The position numbers and the translations under genes were made by a program. The notes beneath the pieces are model-generated. The model made no database searches. It worked only from the letters and a program-made list of their open reading frames with translations, and was not told the DNA's origin. A stretch of DNA of 64,000 nt from Eledone cirrhosa (taxonomy: Eukaryota): positions 1-64,000 of the forward strand of contig CAXHJY010001487.1 of assembly GCA_964016885.1 (NCBI GenBank). Reading direction: 5' to 3'. This document shows, in pieces, positions 40,447 through 53,500 of this stretch (position 1 is its first letter; the number at the start of each line of letters is the position of its first letter).

Positions 40447-41509
40447 CTGTTCTTGAAAATCACACCACACACAGCAAATGTGTGTCTGCACATGGACCAG
40501 TAATTACAGATCGATCCGACCATAGGCGGCCGGCCCACGATCGAAAAGGTAACTCCGCCGGCAAATTCGCATTTTTGTGATTCGTTTCTTCGAAGCACAC
40601 CATTCGCTGGTGGACTTCAGCTTCCGCATTTAGCATGGGCAACTTTTCTTGAAAATCACACCACACACAGGCAATGAGTGTCTGCACATGTACCAGTAAT
40701 TACAAATCGATCCGACCACGGGCGGCCGGCCACGATCGAAAAGGTAACTCCGCCGGCAAATTCGCATTTTTGTGATTCGTTTCTTCGAAGCACACCATTC
40801 GCTGGTGGACTTCAGCTTCCTCATTTAGCATGGGCAGCTTTTCTTGAAAATCACACCACACACAGCCAATGAGTGTCTGCACATATACCAGTAATTACAG
40901 ATCGATCCGACCACGGGCGGCCGGCCCACGATCGAAAAGGTAACTCCGCCGGCAAATTCGCATTTTTGTGATTCGTTTCTTCGAAGCACACCATTCGCTG
41001 GTGGACTTCAGCTTCCTCATTTAGCATGGGCAGCTTTTCTTGAAAATCACACCACACACAGCCAATGAGTGTCTGCACATATACCAGTAATTACAGATCG
41101 ATCCGACCACAGGCGGCCGGCCCACGATCGAAAAGGTAACTCCGCCGGCAAATTCGCATTTTTGTGATTCGTTTCTTCGAAGCACACCATTCGTGGGTAG
41201 ACTTCAGCTTCCGCATTTAGCATGGGCAGCTTTTCTTGAAAATCACACCACACACAGGCAATGAGTGTCTGCACATGTACCAGTAATTACAAATCGATCC
41301 GACCACGGGCGGCCGGCCACGATCGAAAAGGTAACTCCGCCGGCAAATTCGCATTTTTGTGATTCGTTTCTTCGAAGCACACCATTCGCTGGTGGACTTC
41401 AGCTTCCTCATTTAGCATGGGCAGCTTTTCTTGAAAATCACACCACACACAGCCAATGAGTGTCTGCACATATACCAGTAATTACAGATCGATCCGACCA
41501 CGGGCGGCC

Positions 41510-44500
41510 GGCCCACGATCGAAAAGGTAACTCCGCCGGCAAATTCGCATTTTTGTGATTCGTTTCTTCGAAGCACACCATTCGCTGCTGGACTTCAGCT
41601 TCCGCATTTAGCATGGGCAGCTTTTCTTGAAAATCACACCACACACAGCTAATGAGTGTCTGCACCTATACCAGTTATTACAGATCGATCCGACCACGGG
41701 CAGCCGGCCCACGATCGAAAAGGTAACTCCGCCGGCAAATTCGCATTTTTGTGATTCGTTTCTTCGAAGCACACCATTCGCTGGTGGACTTCAGCTTCCG
41801 CATTTAGCATGGGCAGCTTTTCTTGAAAATCACACCACACACAGCAAATGTGTGTCTGCACATGGACCAGTAATTACAGATCGATCCGACCATAGGCGGC
41901 CGGCCCACGATCGAAAAGGTAACTCCGCCGGCAAATTCGCATTTTTGTGATTCGTTTCTTCGAAGCACACCATTCGCTGGTGGACTTCAGCTTCCGCATT
42001 TAGCATGGGCAACTTTTCTTGAAAATCACACCACACACAGGCAATGAGTGTCTGCACATGTACCAGTAATTACAAATCGATCCGACCACGGGCGGCCGGC
42101 CAGGATCGAAAATGTAACTCCGCCGGCAAATTCGCATTTTTGTGATTCGTTTCTTCGAAGCACACCATTCGCTGGTGGACTTCAGCTTCCTCATTTAGCA
42201 TGGGCAGCTTTTCTTGAAAATCACACCACACACAGCCAATGAGTGTCTGCACATATACCAGTAATTACAGATCGATCCGACCACAGGCGGCCGGCCCACG
42301 ATCGAAAAGGTAACTCCGCCGGCAAATTCGCATTTTTGTGATTCGTTTCTTCGAAGCACACCATTCGTGGGTAGACTTCAGCTTCCGCATTTAGCATGGG
42401 CAGCTTTTCTTGAAAATCACACCACACACAGCAAATGTGTGTCTGCACATGGACCAGTAATTACAGATCGATCCGACTATAGGCGGCCGGCCCACGATCG
42501 AAAAGGTAACTCCGCCAGCAAATTCGCATTTTTGTGATTCGTTTCTTCGAAGCACACCATTCGCTGGTGGACTTCAGCTTCCGCATTTAGCATGGGCAAC
42601 GTTTCGTGAAAATCACACCACACAGAGCAAATGTGTGTCTGCACATGGACCAGTAATTACAGATCGATCCGACCACGGGCGGCCGGCCCACGATCGAAAA
42701 GGTAACTCCGCCGGCAAATTCGCATTTTTGTGATTCGTTTCTTCGAAGGACACCATTCGCTGGTAGACTTCAGCTTCCGCATTTAGCATGGGCAGCGTTT
42801 CTTGAAAATCACACCACACACAGTCAATGAGTGTCTGCACAGATACCACTAATTACAGATCGATCCGACCACAGGCGGCCGGCCCACGATCGAAAAGGTA
42901 ACTCCGCCGGTAAATAGTCATTTTTGTGATTCGTTTTCTTCGAAGCACACCATTCGCCGCCGGACTTCAGCTTCCTCATTTAGCATGGGTAGTTTTTCTT
43001 GAAAATCACACCACACACCGGCAATGAGTGTCTGCACATGCACCAGTAATTACAAATCGATCCGACCACGGGCGGCCGGCCACGATCGAAAAGGTAACTC
43101 CGCCGGCAAATTCGCATTTTTGTGATTCGTTTCTTCGAAGCACACCATTCGCTGGTGGACTTCAGCTTCCTCATTTAGCATGGGCAGCTTTTTTTGTAAA
43201 TCACACCACACACAGCCAATGAGTGTCTGCACATATACCAGTAATTACAGATCGATCCGACCACGGGCGGCCGGCCCACGATCGGAAAGGTAACTCCGCC
43301 GGCAAATTCGCATTTTTGTGATTCGTTTCTTCGAAGCACACCATTCGCTGGTAGACTTCAGCTTCCGCATTTAGCATGGGCAGCGTTTCTTGAAAATCAC
43401 ACCACACACAGTCAATGAGTGTCTGCACATATACCAGTAATTACAGATCGATCCGACCACAGGCGGCCGGCCCACGATCGAAAAGGTAACTCCGCCGGCA
43501 AATTCGCATTTTTGTGATTCGTTTCTTCGAAGCACACCATTCGCTGGTGGACTTCAGCTTCCGCATTTAGCATGGGCAACGTTTCGTGAAAATCACACCA
43601 CACAGAGCAAATGTGTGTCTGCACATGGACCAGTAATTACAGATCGATTCGACCACAGGCGGCCGGCCCACGATCGAAAAGGTAACTCCGCCGGCAAATT
43701 CGCATTTTTGTGATTCGTTTCTTCGAAGCACACCATTCGCTGGTGGACTTCAGCTTCCGCATTTAGCATGAGCAACGTTTCGTGAAAATCACACCACACA
43801 GAGCAAATGTGTGTCTGCACATGGACCAGTAATTACAGATCGATCCGACCACGGGCGGCCGGCCCACGATCGAAAAGGTAACTCCGCCGGCAAATTCGCA
43901 TTTTTGTGATTCGTTTCTTCGAAGGACACCATTCGCTGGTAGACTTCAGCTTCCGCATTTAGCATGGGCAGCGTTTCTTGAAAATCACACCACACACAGT
44001 CAATGAGTGTCTGCACAGATACCACTAATTACAGATCGATCCGACCACAGGCGGCCGGCCCACGATCGAAAAGGTAACTCTGCTGGTAAATAGTCATTTT
44101 TGTGATTCGTTTTCTTCGAAGCACACCATTCGCCGCCGGACTTCAGCTTCCGCATTTAGCATGGGTAGTTTTTCTTGAAAATCACACCACACACCGGCAA
44201 TGAGTGTCTGCACATGCACCAGTAATTACAAATCGATCCGACCACGGGCGGCCGGCCACGATCGAAAAGGTAACTCCGCCGGCAAATTCGCATTTTTGTG
44301 ATTCGTTTCTTCGAAGCACACCATTCGCTGGTGGACTTCAGCTTCCTCATTTAGCATGGGCAGCTTTTTTTGTAAATCACACCACACACAGCCAATGAGT
44401 GTCTGCACATATACCAGTAATTACAGATTGATCCGACCACGGGCGGCCGGCCCACGATCGGAAAGGTAACTCCGCCGGCAAATTCGCATTTTTGTGATTC

Positions 44501-47500
44501 GTTTCTTCGAAGCACACCATTCGCTGGTAGACTTCAGCTTCCGCATTTAGCATGGGCAGCGTTTCTTGAAAATCACACCACACACAGTCAATGAGTGTCT
44601 GCACATATACCAGTAATTACAGATCGATCCGACCACAGGCGGCCGGCCCACGATCGAAAAGGTAACTCCGCCGGCAAATTCGCATTTTTGTGATTCGTTT
44701 CTTCGAAGCACACCATTCGCTGGTGGACTTCAGCTTCCGCATTTAGCATGGGCAACGTTTCGTGAAAATCACACCACACAGAGCAAATGTGTGTCTGCAC
44801 ATGGACCAGTAATTACAGATCGATTCGACCACAGGCGGCCGGCCCACGATCGAAAAGGTAACTCCGCCGGCAAATTCGCATTTTTGTGATTCGTTTCTTC
44901 GAAGCACACCATTCGCTGCTGGACTTCAGCTTCCGCATTTAGCATGGGCAGCTTTTCTTGAAAATCACACCACACACAGCTAATGAGTGTCTGCACCTAT
45001 ACCAGTTATTACAGATCGATCCGACCACGGGCAGCCGGCCCACGATCGAAAAGGTAACTCCGCCGGCAAATTCGCATTTTTGTGATTCGTTTCTTCGAAG
45101 CACACCATTCGCTGGTGGACTTCAGCTTCCGCATTTAGCATGGGCAGCTTTTCTTGAAAATCACACCACACACAGCAAATGTGTGTCTGCACATGGACCA
45201 GTAATTACAGATCGATCCGACCATAGGCGGCCGGCCCACGATCGAAAAGGTAACTCCGCCGGCAAATTCGCATTTTTGTGATTCGTTTCTTCGAAGCACA
45301 CCATTCGCTGGTGGACTTCAGCTTCCGCATTTAGCATGGGCAACTTTTCTTGAAAATCACACCACACACAGGCAATGAGTGTCTGCACATGTACCAGTAA
45401 TTACAAATCGATCCGACCACGGGCGGCCGGCCAGGATCGAAAATGTAACTCCGCCGGCAAATTCGCATTTTTGTGATTCGTTTCTTCGAAGCACACCATT
45501 CGCTGGTGGACTTCAGCTTCCTCATTTAGCATGGGCAGCTTTTCTTGAAAATCACACCACACACAGCCAATGAGTGTCTGCACATATACCAGTAATTACA
45601 GATCGATCCGACCACAGGCGGCCGGCCCACGATCGAAAAGGTAACTCCGCCGGCAAATTCGCATTTTTGTGATTCGTTTCTTCGAAGCACACCATTCGTG
45701 GGTAGACTTCAGCTTCCGCATTTAGCATGGGCAGCTTTTCTTGAAAATCACACCACACACAGCAAATGTGTGTCTGCACATGGACCAGTAATTACAGATC
45801 GATCCGACTATAGGCGGCCGGCCCACGATCGAAAAGGTAACTCCGCCAGCAAATTCGCATTTTTGTGATTCGTTTCTTCGAAGCACACCATTCGCTGGTG
45901 GACTTCAGCTTCCGCATTTAGCATGGGCAACGTTTCGTGAAAATCACACCACACAGAGCAAATGTGTGTCTGCACATGGACCAGTAATTACAGATCGATC
46001 CGACCACGGGCGGCCGGCCCACGATCGAAAAGGTAACTCCGCCGGCAAATTCGCATTTTTGTGATTCGTTTCTTCGAAGGACACCATTCGCTGGTAGACT
46101 TCAGCTTCCGCATTTAGCATGGGCAGCGTTTCTTGAAAATCACACCACACACAGTCAATGAGTGTCTGCACAGATACCACTAATTACAGATCGATCCGAC
46201 CACAGGCGGCCGGCCCACGATCGAAAAGGTAACTCCGCCGGTAAATAGTCATTTTTGTGATTCGTTTTCTTCGAAGCACACCATTCGCCGCCGGACTTCA
46301 GCTTCCTCATTTAGCATGGGTAGTTTTTCTTGAAAATCACACCACACACCGGCAATGAGTGTCTGCACATGCACCAGTAATTACAAATCGATCCGACCAC
46401 GGGCGGCCGGCCACGATCGAAAAGGTAACTCCGCCGGCAAATTCGCATTTTTGTGATTCGTTTCTTCGAAGCACACCATTCGCTGGTGGACTTCAGCTTC
46501 CTCATTTAGCATGGGCAGCTTTTTTTGTAAATCACACCACACACAGCCAATGAGTGTCTGCACATATACCAGTAATTACAGATCGATCCGACCACGGGCG
46601 GCCGGCCCACGATCGGAAAGGTAACTCCGCCGGCAAATTCGCATTTTTGTGATTCGTTTCTTCGAAGCACACCATTCGCTGGTAGACTTCAGCTTCCGCA
46701 TTTAGCATGGGCAGCGTTTCTTGAAAATCACACCACACACAGTCAATGAGTGTCTGCACATATACCAGTAATTACAGATCGATCCGACCACAGGCGGCCG
46801 GCCCACGATCGAAAAGGTAACTCCGCCGGCAAATTCGCATTTTTGTGATTCGTTTCTTCGAAGCACACCATTCGCTGGTGGACTTCAGCTTCCGCATTTA
46901 GCATGGGCAACGTTTCGTGAAAATCACACCACACAGAGCAAATGTGTGTCTGCACATGGACCAGTAATTACAGATCGATTCGACCACAGGCGGCCGGCCC
47001 ACGATCGAAAAGGTAACTCCGCCGGCAAATTCGCATTTTTGTGATTCGTTTCTTCGAAGCACACCATTCGCTGGTGGACTTCAGCTTCCGCATTTAGCAT
47101 GAGCAACGTTTCGTGAAAATCACACCACACAGAGCAAATGTGTGTCTGCACATGGACCAGTAATTACAGATCGATCCGACCACGGGCGGCCGGCCCACGA
47201 TCGAAAAGGTAACTCCGCCGGCAAATTCGCATTTTTGTGATTCGTTTCTTCGAAGGACACCATTCGCTGGTAGACTTCAGCTTCCGCATTTAGCATGGGC
47301 AGCGTTTCTTGAAAATCACACCACACACAGTCAATGAGTGTCTGCACAGATACCACTAATTACAGATCGATCCGACCACAGGCGGCCGGCCCACGATCGA
47401 AAAGGTAACTCTGCTGGTAAATAGTCATTTTTGTGATTCGTTTTCTTCGAAGCACACCATTCGCCGCCGGACTTCAGCTTCCGCATTTAGCATGGGTAGT

Positions 47501-48245
47501 TTTTCTTGAAAATCACACCACACACCGGCAATGAGTGTCTGCACATGCACCAGTAATTACAAATCGATCCGACCACGGGCGGCCGGCCACGATCGAAAAG
47601 GTAACTCCGCCGGCAAATTCGCATTTTTGTGATTCGTTTCTTCGAAGCACACCATTCGCTGGTGGACTTCAGCTTCCTCATTTAGCATGGGCAGCTTTTT
47701 TTGTAAATCACACCACACACAGCCAATGAGTGTCTGCACATATACCAGTAATTACAGATTGATCCGACCACGGGCGGCCGGCCCACGATCGGAAAGGTAA
47801 CTCCGCCGGCAAATTCGCATTTTTGTGATTCGTTTCTTCGAAGCACACCATTCGCTGGTAGACTTCAGCTTCCGCATTTAGCATGGGCAGCGTTTCTTGA
47901 AAATCACACCACACACAGTCAATGAGTGTCTGCACATATACCAGTAATTACAGATCGATCCGACCACAGGCGGCCGGCCCACGATCGAAAAGGTAACTCC
48001 GCCGGCAAATTCGCATTTTTGTGATTCGTTTCTTCGAAGCACACCATTCGCTGGTGGACTTCAGCTTCCGCATTTAGCATGGGCAACGTTTCGTGAAAAT
48101 CACACCACACAGAGCAAATGTGTGTCTGCACATGGACCAGTAATTACAGATCGATTCGACCACAGGCGGCCGGCCCACGATCGAAAAGGTAACTCCGCCG
48201 GCAAATTCGCATTTTTGTGATTCGTTTCTTCGAAGCACACCATTC
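41510..48245. repeat. Tandem duplication of 17 monomers (3331-bp period) containing an internal 6-monomer (1176-bp) duplication
   Basis: Offset 3331: gactatagg (~42477/45808), atgagcaacg (~43771/47102), actctgctgg (~44081/47412), agattgatcc (~44429/47760). Offset 1176: cacagataccact, tttgtaaatc and gatcggaaag (ORFs 42613/43789 and 45944/47120). Confidence 0.9.
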
Positions 48246-48649
48246 GCTGGTGGACTTCAGCTTCCGCATTTAGCATGGGCAACTTTTCTTGAAAATCACA
48301 CCACACACAGGCAATGAGTGTCTGCACATATACCAGTAATTACAGATCGATCCGACCACGGGCGGCCGGCCCACGATCGAAAAGGTAACTCCGCCGGCAA
48401 ATTCGCATTTTTGTGATTCGTTTCTTCGAAGCACACCATTCGCTGGTGGACTTCAGCTTCCGCATTTAGCATGGGCAGCTTTTCTTGAAAATCACACCAC
48501 ACACAGCAAATGTGTGTCTGCACATGGACCAGTAATTACAGATCGATCCGACCATAGGCGGCCGGCCCACGATCGAAAAGGTAACTCCGCCGGCAAATTC
48601 GCATTTTTGTGATTCGTTTCTTCGAAGCACACCATTCGCTGGTGGACTT

Positions 48650-51600
48650 CAGCTTCCGCATTTAGCATGGGCAACTTTTCTTGAAAATCACACCACACAC
48701 AGGCAATGAGTGTCTGCACATGTACCAGTAATTACAAATCGATCCGACCACGGGCGGCCGGCCAGGATCGAAAATGTAACTCCGCCGGCAAATTCGCATT
48801 TTTGTGATTCGTTTCTTCGAAGCACACCATTCGCTGGTGGACTTCAGCTTCCTCATTTAGCATGGGCAGCTTTTCTTGAAAATCACACCACACACAGCCA
48901 ATGAGTGTCTGCACATATACCAGTAATTACAGATCGATCCGACCACAGGCGGCCGGCCCACGATCGAAAAGGTAACTCCGCCGGCAAATTCGCATTTTTG
49001 TGATTCGTTTCTTCGAAGCACACCATTCGTGGGTAGACTTCAGCTTCCGCATTTAGCATGGGCAGCTTTTCTTGAAAATCACACCACACACAGCAAATGT
49101 GTGTCTGCACATGGACCAGTAATTACAGATCGATCCGACCATAGGCGGCCGGCCCACGATCGAAAAGGTAACTCCGCCGGTAAATAGTCATTTTTGTGAT
49201 TCGTTTTCTTCGAAGCACACCATTCGCCGCCGGACTTCAGCTTCCTCATTTAGCATGGGTAGTTTTTCTTGAAAATCACACCACACACCGGCAATGAGTG
49301 TCTGCACATGCACCAGTAATAACAAATCGATCCGACCACGGGCGGCCGGCCACGATCGAAAAGGTAACTGCGCCGGCAAATTCGCATTTTTGTGATTCGT
49401 TTCTTCGAAGCACACCATTCGCTGGTGGACTTCAGCTTCCTCATTTAGCATGGGCAGCTTTTTTTGAAAATCACACCACACACAGTCAATGAGTGTCTGC
49501 ACATATACCAGTAATTACAGATCGATCCGACCACAGGCGGCCGGCCCACGATCGAAAAGGTAACTCCGCCGGCAAATTCGCATTTTTGTGATTCGTTTCT
49601 TCGAAGCACACCATTCGCTGGTGGACTTCAGCTTCCGCATTTAGCATGGGCAGCTTTTCTTGAAAATCACACCACACACAGCAAATGTGTGTCTGCACAT
49701 GGACCAGTAATTACAGATCGATCCGACCATAGGCGGCCGGCCCACGATCGAAAAGGTAACTCCGCCGGCAAATTCGCATTTTTGTGATTCGTTTCTTCGA
49801 AGCATACCATTCGCTGGTGGACTTCAGCTTCCGCATTTAGCTTGGGCAACTTTTCTTGAAAATCACACCACACACAGGCAATGAGTGTCTGCACATGTAC
49901 CAGTAATTACAAATCGATCCGACCACGGGCGGCCGGCCACGATCGAAAAGGTAACTCCGCCGGCAAATTCGCATTTTTGTGATTCGTTTCTTCGAAGCAC
50001 ACCATTCGCTGCTGGACTTCAGCTTCCGCATTTAGCATGGGCAGCTTTTCTTGAAAATCACACCACACACAGCTAATGAGTGTCTGCACCTATACCAGTT
50101 ATTACAGATCGATCCGACCACGGGCAGCCGGCCCAGGATCGAAAAGGTAACTCCGCCGGCAAATTCGCATTTTTGTGATTCGTTTCTTCGAAGCACACCA
50201 TTCGCTGGTGGACTTCAGCTTCCGCATTTAGCATGGGCAACGTTTCGTGAAAATCACACCACACAGAGCAAATGTGTGTCTGCACATGGACCAGTAATTA
50301 CAGATCGATTCGACCACAGGCGGCCGGCCCACGATCGAAAAGGTAACTCCGCCGGCAAATTCGCATTTTTGTGATTCGTTTCTTCGAAGCACACCATTCG
50401 CTGGTGGACTTCAGCTTCCGCATTTAGCATGGGCAACTTTTCTTGAAAATCACACCACACACAGGCAATGAGTGTCTGCACATGTACCAGTAATTGCAAA
50501 TCGATCCGACCACGGGCGGCCGGCCAGGATCGAAAATGTAACTCCGCCGGCAAATTCGCATTTTTGTGATTCGTTTCTTCGAAGCACACCATTCGCTGGT
50601 GGACTTCAGCTTCCTCATTTAGCATGGGCAGCTTTTCTTGAAAATCACACCACACACAGCCAATGAGTGTCTGCACATATACCAGTAATTACAGATCGAT
50701 CCGACCACAGGCGGCCGGCCCACGATCGAAAAGGTAACTCCGCCGGCAAATTCGCATTTTTGTGATTCGTTTCTTCGAAGCACACCATTCGTGGGTAGAC
50801 TTCAGCTTCCGCATTTAGCATGGGCAGCTTTTCTTGAAAATCACACCACACACAGCAAATGTGTGTCTGCACATGGACCAGTAATTACAGATCGATCCGA
50901 CCATAGGCGGCCGGCCCACGATCGAAAAGGTAACTCCGCCGGTAAATAGTCATTTTTGTGATTCGTTTTCTTCGAAGCACACCATTCGCCGCCGGACTTC
51001 AGCTTCCTCATTTAGCATGGGTAGTTTTTCTTGAAAATCACACCACACACCGGCAATGAGTGTCTGCACATGCACCAGTAATAACAAATCGATCCGACCA
51101 CGGGCGGCCGGCCACGATCGAAAAGGTAACTGCGCCGGCAAATTCGCATTTTTGTGATTCGTTTCTTCGAAGCACACCATTCGCTGGTGGACTTCAGCTT
51201 CCTCATTTAGCATGGGCAGCTTTTTTTGAAAATCACACCACACACAGTCAATGAGTGTCTGCACATATACCAGTAATTACAGATCGATCCGACCACAGGC
51301 GGCCGGCCCACGATCGAAAAGGTAACTCCGCCGGCAAATTCGCATTTTTGTGATTCGTTTCTTCGAAGCACACCATTCGCTGGTGGACTTCAGCTTCCGC
51401 ATTTAGCATGGGCAGCTTTTCTTGAAAATCACACCACACACAGCAAATGTGTGTCTGCACATGGACCAGTAATTACAGATCGATCCGACCATAGGCGGCC
51501 GGCCCACGATCGAAAAGGTAACTCCGCCGGCAAATTCGCATTTTTGTGATTCGTTTCTTCGAAGCATACCATTCGCTGGTGGACTTCAGCTTCCGCATTT

Positions 51601-53500
51601 AGCTTGGGCAACTTTTCTTGAAAATCACACCACACACAGGCAATGAGTGTCTGCACATGTACCAGTAATTACAAATCGATCCGACCACGGGCGGCCGGCC
51701 ACGATCGAAAAGGTAACTCCGCCGGCAAATTCGCATTTTTGTGATTCGTTTCTTCGAAGCACACCATTCGCTGCTGGACTTCAGCTTCCGCATTTAGCAT
51801 GGGCAGCTTTTCTTGAAAATCACACCACACACAGCTAATGAGTGTCTGCACCTATACCAGTTATTACAGATCGATCCGACCACGGGCAGCCGGCCCAGGA
51901 TCGAAAAGGTAACTCCGCCGGCAAATTCGCATTTTTGTGATTCGTTTCTTCGAAGCACACCATTCGCTGGTGGACTTCAGCTTCCGCATTTAGCATGGGC
52001 AACTTTTCTTGAAAATCACACCACACACAGGCAATGAGTGTCTGCACATGTACCAGTAATTGCAAATCGATCCGACCACGGGCGGCCGGCCAGGATCGAA
52101 AATGTAACTCCGCCGGCAAATTCGCATTTTTGTGATTCGTTTCTTCGAAGCACACCATTCGCTGGTGGACTTCAGCTTCCTCATTTAGCATGGGCAGCTT
52201 TTCTTGAAAATCACACCACACACAGCCAATGAGTGTCTGCACATATACCAGTAATTACAGATCGATCCGACCACAGGCGGCCGGCCCACGATCGAAAAGG
52301 TAACTCCGCCGGCAAATTCGCATTTTTGTGATTCGTTTCTTCGAAGCACACCATTCGTGGGTAGACTTCAGCTTCCGCATTTAGCATGGGCAGCTTTTCT
52401 TGAAAATCACACCACACACAGCAAATGTGTGTCTGCACACGGACCAGTAATTACAGATCGATCCGACCATAGGCGGCCGGCCCACGATCGAAAAGGTAAC
52501 TCCGCCAGCAAATTCGCATTTTTGTGATTCGTTTCTTCGAAGCACACCATTCGCTGGTGGACTTCAGCTTCCGCATTTAGCATGGGCAACGTTTCGTGAA
52601 AATCACACCACACAGAGCAAATGTGTGTCTGCACATGGACCAGTAATTACAGATCGATCCGACCACAGGCGGCCGGCCCACGATCGAAAAGGTAACTCCG
52701 CCGGTAAATAGTCATTTTTGTGATTCGTTTTCTTCGAAGCACACCATTCGCCGCCGGACTTCAGCTTCCTCATTTAGCATGGGTAGTTTTTCTTGAAAAT
52801 CACACCACACACCGGCAATGAGTGTCTGCACATGCACCAGTAATAACAAATCGATCCGACCACGGGCGGCCGGCCACGATCGAAAAGGTAACTGCGCCGG
52901 CAAATTCGCATTTTTGTGATTCGTTTCTTCGAAGCACACCATTCGCTGGTGGACTTCAGCTTCCTCATTTAGCATGGGCAGCTTTTTTTGAAAATCACAC
53001 CACACACAGTCAATGAGTGTCTGCACATATACCAGTAATTACAGATCGATCCGACCACAGGCGGCCGGCCCACGATCGAAAAGGTAACTCCGCCGGCAAA
53101 TTCGCATTTTTGTGATTCGTTTCTTCGAAGCACACCATTCGCTGGTGGACTTCAGCTTCCGCATTTAGCATGGGCAGCTTTTCTTGAAAATCACACCACA
53201 CACAGCAAATGTGTGTCTGCACATGGACCAGTAATTACAGATCGATCCGACCATAGGCGGCCGGCCCACGATCGAAAAGGTAACTCCGCCGGCAAATTCG
53301 CATTTTTGTGATTCGTTTCTTCGAAGCACACCATTCGCTGGTGGACTTCAGCTTCCGCATTTAGCTTGGGCAACTTTTCTTGAAAATCACACCACACACA
53401 GGCAATGAGTGTCTGCACATGTACCAGTAATTACAAATCGATCCGACCACGGGCGGCCGGCCACGATCGAAAAGGTAACTCCGCCGGCAAATTCGCATTT
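48650..53500. repeat. Imperfect 9-monomer HOR (1762-bp period), with a further related copy 3524 bp downstream
   Basis: The marker taataacaaa...aactgcgcc (104-aa ORFs) is at 49188, 50950 and 52712, then 56236. tagcttggg is at ~49842, 51604, 53366 and 56890; agcataccat is at ~49805 and 51567. Confidence 0.8.
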
